A stretch of 63,668 nt of DNA, filler included, from Phoronis australis (lineage: Eukaryota; Animalia; Phoronida): assembly GCA_002633005.1 (NCBI GenBank). It is 4 parts of 4 records of this genome, joined end to end, with 100 filler letters (N's around TTAATTAATTAA, not from the genome) between each part and the next. Parts side by side here need not be neighbours in the genome. Positions count along the whole stretch, not along the records: positions 1 to 12,890 come from NMRA01001367.1; positions 12,991 to 43,035 come from NMRA01001290.1; 2 more parts are not named here. One strand, given 5' to 3'. This document shows positions 11,170 to 23,119 of the stretch, in pieces. A program made the position numbers and the translations under genes. A model generated the notes under the pieces. That model did not search any database. It saw nothing but the letters and a program-made list of their open reading frames with translations, and was not told the origin of the DNA. How positions within the stretch are numbered: the stretch's first letter is position 1; each line of letters starts with the position of its first letter.

Positions 11170-11950
11170 CTAAATATGATACAGACAGAAGCAGTTTTTT
11201 GTGAAATGAAGTGCTCCTCGCACACACATCCGGTATTCCGTCAACACAGTACTTGCAATGATCTCCTTTAGCATTTTTATAGGTAAACAATCCACACCAT
11301 TGTAGTTAACGTCACCCGAACAACTGTTGTTTTGGCATCTTTGCTGGTGCATGTTTTAATGGCCAGACTCACTTGGGAGCTTTGCAAAGTGATGTCGCAA
11401 TATGGGCCTGGAAAGTTCTCAGCTAAGCAAGCCCACCTTCGGGCTTTGAAGAGCACATTTTTGGTACATAAACCAAAGATTGACCACAACAAAGGTATAA
11501 TGTACCAAAAAAGGTACATATACCACCATCCGAGTGTGATGTCGTAGTTGTACTTTGCTGACAGAGCATCCAACAGGTCGAGACCACCATAAACTTATTG
11601 CACTGGCTACACACAAAATGGCCTTGGAATTTAGACATGGGCCTTAGAGCGTTTGCCCCATATTCTAACATTATCAGTTGGGCTAACACCAACAAAAGAT
11701 GACTTGGTAGTTACTGGCTTGATGCCATACCAGTGCACAATGCAGATGCTTTCGTCGACCTTGACTTTATCTTCAAATGAACATCTTCCTTATTTTTTGA
11801 GACTGTATCCATGGATACGATTGGCTCGTATACTATTATTGGTCCATCGTCACTGTCAAAGCTTTCATGATCGCCACCAAATCCGCTCATCTCCAAAACA
11901 TGTGACTCATCACCCAACTTGAGGGTTTTCCTTGTCGTTTTGACTCTAAA
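11170..11950 (-). pseudogene. piggyBac (PGBD-like) transposase fossil: C-terminal DDD region and Cys-rich tail
   Basis: LKK*GRCSF...ICIVHWYGIKPVTTKSSFVGVSPTDNVRIWGKRSKAHV*IPRP...GGLDLLDALSAKY...WWYMYLFW, ending in RCQNNSC...KNCFCLYH. Multiple stops and frameshifts; no TIRs found. Confidence 0.82.
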
Positions 11951-12062
11951 AATCAATCAGAAAATCGATTAACTCATTCAATGTAAGTACTACAATACGT
12001 GTGTTACAAAGTAAAATCTTGAAAAATAGCGAGTAAAAAACAATAACAAAAGTTCATAAAGA

Positions 12063-12890
12063 TTTAAAGGTTCAAATGCATCTGGAGGCTACAATTTTTT
12101 ACGTAGAAAGCTAAGAATCGGCACAGTAAATGGACCGGAAGCTTGCTACAAGTATACCTTCGTCTGATCATCACGAAATTTACACATAACACGTACTTCC
12201 AAAAGTCCTGGAAGCCTATTGTTTTTCGTCAAAATCGGATCCAAGATGGCGGCTGTGGCGGCCATTTTGTTTCCATTTAAAGGTTCAAATGCTTCTGGAG
12301 GCTACAATTTTTTACGTAGAAGGCTAAGAATCGGCACAGTAAATGGACCGGAAGCTTGCTACAGGTATACCGGAAATTGTTTACTTCCGGCTAAAGATGG
12401 CGGAAATATCGGCGATCGCGCATGCGCACCTCGATTTTGGCTTAAAAACGTTTTCTCATCTAGAGGGCGCATTATCAGACCAATTCCTTCGAATTTTTAC
12501 AGGTATTAGTTTGTTGTAACATGATATTATACAAAGCCAAAAAACCGGAAGTTGCATTCAAGATGGCGGATATGGCGCATGTTGACCCATTTTCAGTCGT
12601 CTGGAGCGCGATTTTAAACGGGAAGAGAAAAAGACGTGATTTTTTGCATGTAGATTTTTTAAAGTATAATCGTTCAAATGACCTGTAACAACTTTTTTCT
12701 CAGACTTACCGTTTTCGAGTTATTAGACTTTAAATTTCTTAAAAAAAACCCAAAATTTCATTTGTTTCGAAAAATTTACCGAATTAGGCGATACCATCTG
12801 TTTAGATAGAATTGTGAACGGGCTTTCAGAAGATGTTTTTCATTTTTCGCTAGGACGTCTACTTTTCGAGTTATTTGAGATTTTCTGATA
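12063..12890. repeat. Repeat-element end with an internal ~95-bp direct duplication (12063-12158 and 12276-12371); diverged related copy at about 9860-9950
   Basis: ttaaaggttcaaatgc...gcttgctaca.gtatacc occurs twice. Several AAGATGGCGG and CCGGAAG motifs. Truncated by the gap. Confidence 0.65.
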
Positions 12891-12990
12891 NNNNNNNNNN
12901 NNNNNNNNNNNNNNNNNNNNNNNNNNNNNNNNNNTTAATTAATTAANNNNNNNNNNNNNNNNNNNNNNNNNNNNNNNNNNNNNNNNNNNN
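12891..12990. other. Scaffold gap with artificial TTAATTAATTAA linker
   Basis: 100-nt N block with a central linker giving stops in all six frames. Confidence 0.98.
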
Positions 12991-15900
12991 GTTCATTATA
13001 AAATTATAACTCATGCAAAATCAAATCACTCAGACTTTATTTTTGAGTCCGCAATTTCAAAAACTCTAAAATCTCGGAAACCACAAAATAACAACTTGAA
13101 TGGCCAATTAAACTAAACTTCGAACACTTGCCGCTAACTACAGTACGCCTATGGAAAATAGCACCATAGATTCTTGTCTGTGCTCTTGGAAAAACAACGT
13201 TCAATGTTGTGCTTTTGTAGTCGTGCATTCACTCAAAAGTCAACTGATATAAATTATCGCGACGCACTGGCGCATTATTTTCTTTACCAGCCTCAATTGT
13301 TTCGTAATCCAAGTCAAACAGGGTGAGAGGTCAACAGGAGGTGTGACCGAGACTACCAAGGGGAACACTTTTTGCCTTTGGTAAACCGTCCTGATCAATT
13401 AAAGCGGCACTAAACCCTTGCATCAAGTCAAAAACAAGTTTTGATTTAGGACACTTACTATTACTTACTTAGTTGACTGCAGACCTGTATCTGTTATGCT
13501 ATATTTTGCCAAAAGTAGGTGGAGGGAGTTATGTTTCTGTCCACTCCTCACTTAGTAAAAGTACCCCACGCGTTGCGATATACATGTAACCCTGAGCCAA
13601 AATCCGACGTTTAGAAATCCAACCTTTTTGGAACTAGTTCGTTATGTCTTAAAATTTCGATTTAGGGTTTAATTAGACTTTGTGTTTAATCAAAAACCAA
13701 CATAAGTTTGTGTCAATAGAACATTTAAGAATTCGTTTTCTCTGAATGCGCAAATTTGACAAAAGTGATGAGATTGAGAAATGTAGTTTTTATCTCAATA
13801 CTGCCGCAATTCAAGAAATACATATGAGGGGCCCTTATGTCAAACCCAATAACAAAGGAATGTGTTAGAATTGGACATTTTGTGATTGTAATTAGCAGGC
13901 AACGAATCGATGAAATTGACTAATCGTATATGCCATGGCAATGCAATGGTTAACATTTTAGATTATTCAACAAAAAGTCATTTAATAACGGTTTCACAGA
14001 AACGTTTTTTTTTCCAAATTCGCTTCGGATTAGCGGATGGTTCATTTGTGCATACTTACTGCGTCCAATTGTTGATTGACGTCCCAACCGACGTTTATAA
14101 AGTGCTGTATTTTTGCACAATCATTCTGATTCGCGGCTTCCCTAACCTGAAAACAATAACAAATAAATATGGATTACACACGTACGTCACACACTGTAAA
14201 AGTACCATCATTATAGAGCCATACAACTGTTCCATATTTGCTAGTACTCCTAACATTATTTCAACATTCTTTCAATCACGAAATTATCTTGTACAGATCT
14301 AGATGAGGATTGTTCCGTAAAAAGTGACAATTTAGACGCGATTTCAAGGACACTGCACTATTTTGCGGCAGTGGAAACTTCCAGCCATTTTACTCATACA
14401 TTCATTCACTGCACACTTAGTAAGCAGAGCTTTCCCAGTCACTCGAACAATACCCAGATATTCACAACGCTCTTCCCGAATTCCCTAAAGTTTTTGATGA
14501 TCTTCAAGTCTTTTCTTCAAAAGTACAACAAACTCAATTCCACTAATAACGTGGCTCTATTCTAAAACGTTATTTAGTTTCAATTTCATAACAGGGTCAT
14601 TTATTGCTTAAGCTGACACAGTTTACTGTAGTTCTGAATTCATAAAATACCTTATTTGTACCCCATATCTGTATAACATGTAATCACTCTTCATCGTTAT
14701 AGGCATGATATTGTACAACAGTTAAAGTTGATATATTTATCAACTTTTACACTTATAATGTTAATTGGTACATTTCGTGAATGCTTCAAGACCTCTGATA
14801 TCTATTATACATTACGTCAACGCATACCAACGTGGTACTCCACTGTCCTGGCGAAACAAGGACTCCTAAACGAAACAGTGGGTGGGCTATTTTTAATGTC
14901 ACTTATAAACAGATCTTTTTGCGAAAACTACGCTTTAAAATAATGTTCAAAAGGCTCAATGTCCAGCACCCCAGGGTAAACAGTGGTTCAAATTCACCGA
15001 CCAACACCGTCTGATAAAGAATAAATCAACAACTACTCATCGGAATACTGTTGACATGAGTGATTATGTTCCTGTCTGAAGGCATCACACAACAGGTTCA
15101 GATACAAAGGAGAAAGAAAAAACCCATTCACTATCCTAGGATTACTAGAAATCGAGTTTAAAGCGACTGAGCTCGTTTAACAAGTTAGTCAAAGTGGACC
15201 ATTTTACACACAACTTTACTATAATCCTGTATCACTGCACTTATTCCCTCCGCATGGCGAATAAATACACTCAAATTAGAAAGAGGGACTTTTATAACGA
15301 CAGTTATTCTTCCAAAAGAGTTGATTCAAATTCGTCCTGGACCAGTGAACCGTTAATTTTTCCATTTCCACCAGTTTGGTGCAATCAGTTTATCACTTTT
15401 ACGTCCATGCCATAGTGGTCCGGAGAAAAGTAATTTGGGAATAAGTTCATTTTATTTTGCAATATGGTACATGTAGCTCAATGTTGTCGTTGAACCTTAT
15501 TCGTTAGCTGTACTGTATGCCTCAGTCAATGTTTGAGTGCTACATTGTTCAACGTTTACTGAGTCATAGCAAAGTTAAGATGAGGTCCCGTGAATTTTTT
15601 CCTAAATAGTTGCATTTTAAAGGCATGCCAACTTCTGGAAACCTTATAGGCAAGAAAGATGGGTTTTTGAAATCTGCCACAGTGCAGAATCAAACACTGA
15701 TCCCCCACAATTTTGCGCAAGCACACTCTCTTGACGAAGCTAAGTCTGCTCCATAAATCACAGACTGTACATTTAAACTTGCACTAATTGTCACCTTGAA
15801 GATGTCAACGTTGAATAATTAATCAAAGCACTTTGAGGCTTGAAACGTGGATAATTGGTGCCGAAATTGACGTTAACTCAAGTTACAAGCAATTATGCGC

Positions 15901-18556
15901 ACATGAGTCATTTTTGAATTTCCGATTTTAGCGTTAGCCAACCCCGTCGGCAGTTGAAGCATTTTCTCAACTCGTTGACTGACTCCAAAGTCTATTCTTT
16001 AACCGAAATTTTCTACATAACGAATGGTGGTATAGTCTACTGTTTCTTTCCTTGGTTTTTTGGACATATTGCTGTAAAAATATTCGCGAATGGACCCGCA
16101 AACGCATCATGGAACTGTCGGGAGAGAGCATATGTTCGTACATCGATATGCACTGAATATATATTGTGTAAACTATGCGGGTAGCACTTGACAAACAACT
16201 TGGGTTAATTTTGTTATAGAACTCCAGATATTTCGTGACTTTGATGATGTCAAAATGTGACAAGCATTAGCATTACATTAAAAAACTTCGTATAATATGA
16301 ACCTGGTACATTTGACCCAGTAACCCCTAGCTAGATAACATTTTGCGCAAAATGCATTAGGTAGGAAAACACTTTATATATCGATCCGGGACCGCGCGCT
16401 TGTATCACAGTTGCCATCGATCGTTAGTGCACGCCTACATTGTACATTCGCAGTGCTTTTTTTGGCTTGCATTGGCTGACAAAAGGTGTTCGGCGACAAA
16501 GCTATTGAAGTTGACCTTAGGGACAATAGAGGCACTTGCATTAACCAATTGCTGTAGTCTTGTTTACAAGATATGAAACTGGGCATTATGCCAGTCTATC
16601 TCAGATGAACGCAGACTTTACAAATCAACCTGCGCACAAATCGTTACAAACTTGCAGATTCAGATCTAAACCATTTTCGATATAGTGTTGTTCACCCCTC
16701 TAGCTCCGCCCCTCCTGTACGTGCTGTGACGTTGGGAAATTTCTAGAGCGAAGCCATTTTGACGGCTGTACGTGAGGGTCAAATTTAAATGTCTTTTTGT
16801 CAACGAAGACTGACATGCACCTGGATCTCAAAATAATGTACCGGAAAACTTAATCATAATACCTAACATCAGAAACCATTAATTTAATTATGAGGTCACG
16901 CTGATTGTGGACGTCATAACACCGACAATAAAACAACAATGAAACTTGACAAAACAACCAAAACAATTGACGGACGAGGGGCCATGCATACAGATGACGT
17001 AATGTTTCTGAGAAAATTTAAGAACTCTCACCTCTTCCAATTCTTCCCCACTGAGAAGTTTATGACCCAACTTTTTGATAGAAGCCATGTCTAAGCCTGG
17101 ACGTGGGAATGTCTGCCGCTGTTCAGAGCCGAACGAATATTACGCAGTGGAAAAATACACGATGGGTTTTACCCAATGAGACAAATATAGCTCATTGGTT
17201 TTTCCTGAAGTTTCGTTGCCATTGCTTAAATAGGTCATTGACGCAGATCAACAGAGCGCTGACGGAACGTGAATTATCACGCATACATAATTGCACGAGG
17301 TGATTCACGTTCTAGTATCAAAATGGGTTTTGAAAAAGCAAAGTTATAACGTGAACGCGAAAGTAAACGTGAACTGAATAACTGAACTCAGGGTGTCCAA
17401 TTGTTGTAGGTCTAGTACATGTCTGATAGTTTATGAAAAGCTTGAGTCACTCTGCCAATGCAACTTCTTTTACGTGAAAAAATCCTGCCAGAAATGGTCA
17501 AGTCTTAGAATGCCAAATTTATTGCAGTTTGAAATAAATAGATGCATGTAAATTAAGCATGTAAAAGAATTAACAACAAAAATTATAACTCCGTCAAAAA
17601 GTCCATTCTAGCTCGATGATATCCAGCGAACCCCGGCAGAATAAGAATTTTTAAAAAGTGCTTTCTTGCAAATAAACTTTAAGTGAGAACATTTATATAC
17701 AAAAAAATCGTGTTCATTTTATACTGAAGCAAAGAAGAAAGATTGAGAACCCTGTCAAAGTAAAAATCATTTCGATGTCTTACCAAAGAAGAATGTTTCG
17801 CGTTTATAGCGACGCAGATGTATCTATATTCGCGTAAAATATTATCGGGATTACGTCACAGCCTACAATGACGTGTATGCGCAATAATTCACTTCAAGTC
17901 GCTTTGCGAAACCTCCCTATTCATCTGCAAGAACACCTATCTAACATTCCTTTGACAACCGTGTATGTGTACTCTAAGCCCAAGCTCCTATTTCGAACTG
18001 AAGGTAACTTCCATGGATTTTTTAATTGCAAATTTCACCAGGAACCACCTGTGTTGCCAGGTCTGTGTTGTAACTCAGTGTGGCAAATCCTAATGATCGT
18101 TCACTTTCTATGCTACATTATACATGTATATTTAAAGACTGGCCGCACGAGAAAATCATGCAAAAGTGGCAACATAACATATCACTGATTTTTTGTCACA
18201 TAGCTTATTTGTACACTTAGCCCCAATGATTAATAGCTATCATATTTTTAGTTTTGAAAAGTTTCGATTTCTGTAATATTGGCCCTCTTATATTTTGAGG
18301 ATGAAACCTGATGGGTGGTAAGGCCAATTTTAGCAAACTTTAGACAACTGTTGCGAAATACCAGTACAAGAAAACTAATTCACGTCCCTAGCATGAATAT
18401 GTCCATCCTGTGTTAGTCAAGATACGCACGTAAATTCCGTTGCACGTCCTTCATTTTAAACAGGTTGTAACCGGCTTGTTTCTCAAGATAGGGCCGTAGG
18501 AAGCGGGGACCCGGGGGCACGTGACCCCCAATAATTTTCTAGCGTCAAGATTATAC

Positions 18557-18704
18557 CAGGGTCGGATCCAGGATTTTGAGTTGGGGGGGGCAGGACAGAG
18601 TATTAGCCAGGATTTTGGCCGTCAGACATTCGCACCCCGAATCTGGAAGAATTTTAGGGTGGAGGGGGCTTGGCAACCTTGACTCCCCTCTACATCCGCC
18701 ACTG
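18557..18704. mobile_element. GC-rich MITE with CAGKGGCGGAT-type short TIRs; relatives at 44045-44345 and 56747-56856
   Basis: Ends CAGGGTCGGATCC...ATCCGCCACTG with internal G/C runs. No clean TSD. Confidence 0.55.
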
Positions 18705-19065
18705 TAAACTCTTGACAACGCCCATAGTCGTAGTGCCGTCGATAAAAGAAAGACAGAGAAACAAGGAGACGAGAGAGAAAATTCAACTACCAGTGCTTGG
18801 TTTATCCTTTGAGGTCCCAGGCCATGACATTCTTGTTAGGGGCCCCACTCTTTAAAGCTAAACGCATCTTAAATCGTGCAGTTAAGCATTCATACATGTA
18901 CATGTATCCTAAAAAGTTGCAGAATTTTTTTTAAATCACAACTTTTGCAGAGTGTATTAATTCACTGGATTTTAAATTCAAGAAGTGCAAAACTATATCT
19001 CGAGGCACTCGCCTCTGGCAATAGATAATGGAGTCATCTGTCGCTCTTTTTCGTTTATTCTCCAA

Positions 19066-19067
<2 letters not shown>

Positions 19068-19118
<51 letters not shown>
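19068..19118. repeat. (TA)n microsatellite
   Basis: About 25 TA units. Confidence 0.98.
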
Positions 19119-19120
<2 letters not shown>

Positions 19121-20756
19121 TGATGAAAATTGAGAACCTGAAAGATAGCATCAATTGTTGCTCATTTACTGTTTTTTAAATTACAGGTCATATTATAATT
19201 ATGGGCCCAGCCCTTGGAGAGGAATCTTGGTGGCATCCGTGTGGCCATCTTTTTCGTACTTTTTGCGATGAAATCGATTGCCTCTGTTTTCTGTTTCTGT
19301 GAAGTCGTACAATCTTTTTTGTTAAAGACCTGGTCGCACGCGTTGTTAACCCTTATTACATGGTTACAGAATGTTATAAGGATCCAAGAAGTACCTACCC
19401 CATAACTAATACACAATTCGTACTCGAAAAAAATTAAATGAACGCGCCACTCACGATTCGCACCCGAAGAACCACCGCCATTTTGAACGTGCCGCGAACC
19501 CGGAAGTACAATTATTCATTCAGGAACCCGCGGGCTAAGAAAACGCCGTCAGTGTGGATGGACGAGTTCCTGTTACCAGCTTGCAAACGGAGATAAAATA
19601 ATCGACAGTCCGCCTTAATTGTAATAAAATCAAAATACGGACAACGTTATCGAATTTGCTGAAGAAATGTGGCGAATGAATTTTGACAGAAATTATTTTG
19701 CCAGACTCGGGACCGCAGCGTATCGGACCCGGTGGCGATCGAGACCAGACACTGGCGAACGGTAAACGCATGCGGTTGCGAGCTGTTTTGTCGAAGTAAA
19801 ATGCTCAAATCATAAATGCCGCATATATTCAAAGATAGTTTCAAACACTTGCATGAAATTACGGACTGGTTAGTCCTGTGTCACCCTGCCGCGGCAGACC
19901 TTAGCTAGCCTCTGTGCCAGCTACCAGTGAAGACTATCGTCAAAATACAGCTTGTTAGCACATTTAGGCCTATACAGCTTTGCGCCAAGGCTACACTTAG
20001 GACTAACTGGTCGCTGGCCACAACGCTCGCTCAAACGAGGTTTATTTAGAACTTGTGTACTTCTGGCGAACTGTGCAAAGTTGTTGGCATTCAATAGAGA
20101 TTTGCTCAGACTTTGTATGAGCCCACCAAGGCTAAAAGAATGGGGGGCTGGAATTTTTGGGAATGTCTATCTTTTACTATAAGATTCACTTGGTGATCAG
20201 AGCTATGAATTGCAAACGCTAAATTTTGGTACTTCCTGCCTTCTAGTGGAATATTGTCTTATTTTCTACTTTTTTTCAGAATTCGTGCTTCTCTGAGGCA
20301 GACCTTTTTCCACATAACGCTTAATCGTCGTGAGAGACCGTCCCGAGTTGGTATGTGGTGCAACTCGGGACGGTCTGGGGTCTACAGAAAACCATAGATC
20401 AACTGTGAGTCTACACCAATGTGATAAACGAGAGTAGTTTTACTTGCTGCGTCAGCTGCTGGTATGCTTATCTCTTTTATGACACACAATGTGCGACTGG
20501 GCAAAGCGTTTTCAAAATAATGTGGATAAATCAGTGGAGTGTGAAACCCCTGAGGTCCCTGTCAAGTCCTCACGGCAATTTTACGTTATGATTTCTCTAA
20601 ATAGGGGGCTCGTTCGAGCACATTAGTATGACAAGTCCAATACAAAATGTTATCATTTTTATTCATTAACTCAAAATTATTCAAATTTTTAACATAACAA
20701 GTAACTTAAAATGTACAATACTTTACATCATTTAGCATAACAAACACTATTCAACA

Positions 20757-22169
20757 CATGCACGCACCCAGCCTTCAATATGGGGGGGGGCTCGAATTCC
20801 CGGCGATGTGGGGCTTTTGCTAAAAAAGAGTGGGCGGACTAAAAAAAACGGGAGCACCACTGTGAATTGCGCGTTTGCGCTTCTTTAGTGGACTTTTTCA
20901 CACTTTCTCGGGCTTTTTGTCTCTCGGGGGCGGACCCTTTTGACCACTTCGCCAAATGGGGGAGGGGGTGCTCAAACGAGCCCCCCGATGAAATTGGACA
21001 TACATGTAACTATTAACATGGTGACCGAATAGTGTTTCCTTACACCAGAATTTGACAAGCATGATTAAAAAAATATGAAGTTGCAAGGAACAAGAATTGG
21101 AGGCTTGAGGCTTCACAAACCAACATATCTTATTTCCCAAATTAAGATTATTCATATTGTTGAATTGATAACCTGAATTGATAAGCAATAAATTACGAAA
21201 CATGACGTGAAAGCAATCGAGACTTACAATTAAGAAAAATATGTATCATTTTGTGACACCGAATCAAGCCTTGAACAGCAGTTGATAGTCAAACAAAAAA
21301 CCATTTCAAAATTATTTCAACTGTTTTTTAGCTTAGTGTAAGATCACCTGAATGGGAAATTCACAGTAAAATAATTTGAATATATCTTATATTTTTGCAC
21401 AAAAAACGCGAAAATTGAACAAAGTTCCTTTGTCAAAATGTATCAACGTTAAATCTTCACAAATTACAAAGTAGCCGATTGAACATGCCTTTCAGTTCAG
21501 CAAAACTCGCCATGTTGTCGGTGCCGCCAGAAATGAGACGAAGTCCAACGGGAATTGTGAGCACGGAGAGGCTGAAATTTGGTGAACACTGTTGAATGGT
21601 GCAGAATAGTAAGTATCACCGTAATTTGTTGGCGAAAACAATTTACTCAAAGTTTTAAACTCGTAAATTATCCCGGTGTCCTCCAATATGGCAGACGCGA
21701 TCCAAACAAAGTGACCCAAATTATAAACGTACAAGAATATGGGTTCGGTAAAACCAGACCATATCCATCTATATTGGAAGTAATTCTCGAAAAAATATGA
21801 AATCAAATCATTCAAAATTGAGGTTATCAGTGCAAATCACACACGAGCCAGAGAAAGCAAAAAAGTTACTTTTACTTAATTAACAGATGACACGATACAG
21901 TGAGTCTGGATTTTGCACAAATGGTCCATGCGCGCACCCGGGGGGGGGGGGCTCGGGGGCCCCGATTTGGCGAAGTGGGTAAAAAAGGTTCGCCTGGGAG
22001 AAACAAATAGTATGAGAAAAGTAGGCAAAAATCCACTAAAAAGTCAGCCTGAGGAACTACCAAAATTCGATGAACGCCTTGAAGGTACCTGTTTTTCTTT
22101 GTCTCAGTAGTAAAATGGCCGCATTCCCAAATATTCGAGCACCCTGTTTTTAGGCTGGGTGTGCGTATG
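20757..22169. mobile_element. Old non-autonomous DNA element with ~230-bp diverged TIRs
   Basis: catgcacgcacccagcct is inverted to aggctgggtgtgcgtatg. Inner blocks tttagtgga and ccacttcgccaaat are also inverted. No TSD or ORF. Confidence 0.7.
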
Positions 22170-23119
22170 TAGTCAGTCCTCTTTAAACAAGAAAAACATT
22201 TGAAAATTGTTCATCGGTTGCATTTTGCTCCCTAGCCAAAGTCCCAGGTCGCATTTGCAAGAACCAGGTCGCATTCATAAAATGTCAGGTTCCAAAAAAT
22301 AACCGCCATTTTTAAGCGCCATTTCAAAATCCAGCTAGCATTCAAACGCCAGGTCGCAATTTTTCCGCCATTTTTGTGCGCCAAATATGATTTTTTAGAT
22401 CATCGAGAAATTGTTTAGATTTTCTTACCTGGGGCGTTAAATACTCACATATTTCAGGTGGGAAAAGTTTTTACATTTAGATACATGTAGGCCTACGGCG
22501 TTAGGGCCTACTGTTCTTCACGACCGCCATTGAAAGGCTCTAGAGCACGAGGCTAGTTGCCGACATGGATGTTGAATCAGTGCTCTCTAACCGACACGTG
22601 CATTTGAGAAGCTTTATATTTGGCAGGTATCTGCCGACAAGTGTGCGTGTAAAAACCTGCCAAGCATTAGTAATGCTTTAGGTCATGTACACAACAAAAG
22701 TGAGGACAAACCACTGTCTAAGAATCATTTTGTGTTTTCTGTTGAATACACCCTCCTCGCTCAAGTCCGAGCCCAATCCTTCATTAGCTGGAGAATGAAT
22801 ATGATTGGTTGAAATTGCAAAAAAAGGGTTTAATATCCTAAAACTGATAACCCTTGCAGGTGCGAATGGTACTAGAGTCACCAGTGGTTGTCTCCACAAA
22901 TGATACCTTGAAGTTAACCTCATGTTTTGTAACGTATAGTCATCATGATTCAAACTTATTTAGAAAATTGTATTGAAATTTTCTGAATTTGTCACTATGA
23001 ACAATCAGAAATGATTAAAGGCACTTTAAGTAATTTGTTATCGTGAATTTTTCAATTGCAAAGTTCTCAAATTGTTACCTTTGAAACATTTTAACTGGCT
23101 AATTAGCACACATTCTGCC

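Noticed and set aside
12935-12946. TTAATTAATTAA palindrome recurring inside N runs
   Set aside because: Artificial scaffolding linker, identical in all three gaps.
14230-14560. Possible decayed MULE transposase C-terminus on the minus strand (NNPHLDLYKIIS*LKE)
   Set aside because: The resemblance is short, has many stops, and could be chance.
17032-17088. Possible first exon MASIKKLGHKLLSGEELEE|gtgaga on the minus strand
   Set aside because: No downstream exons or recognisable domain.
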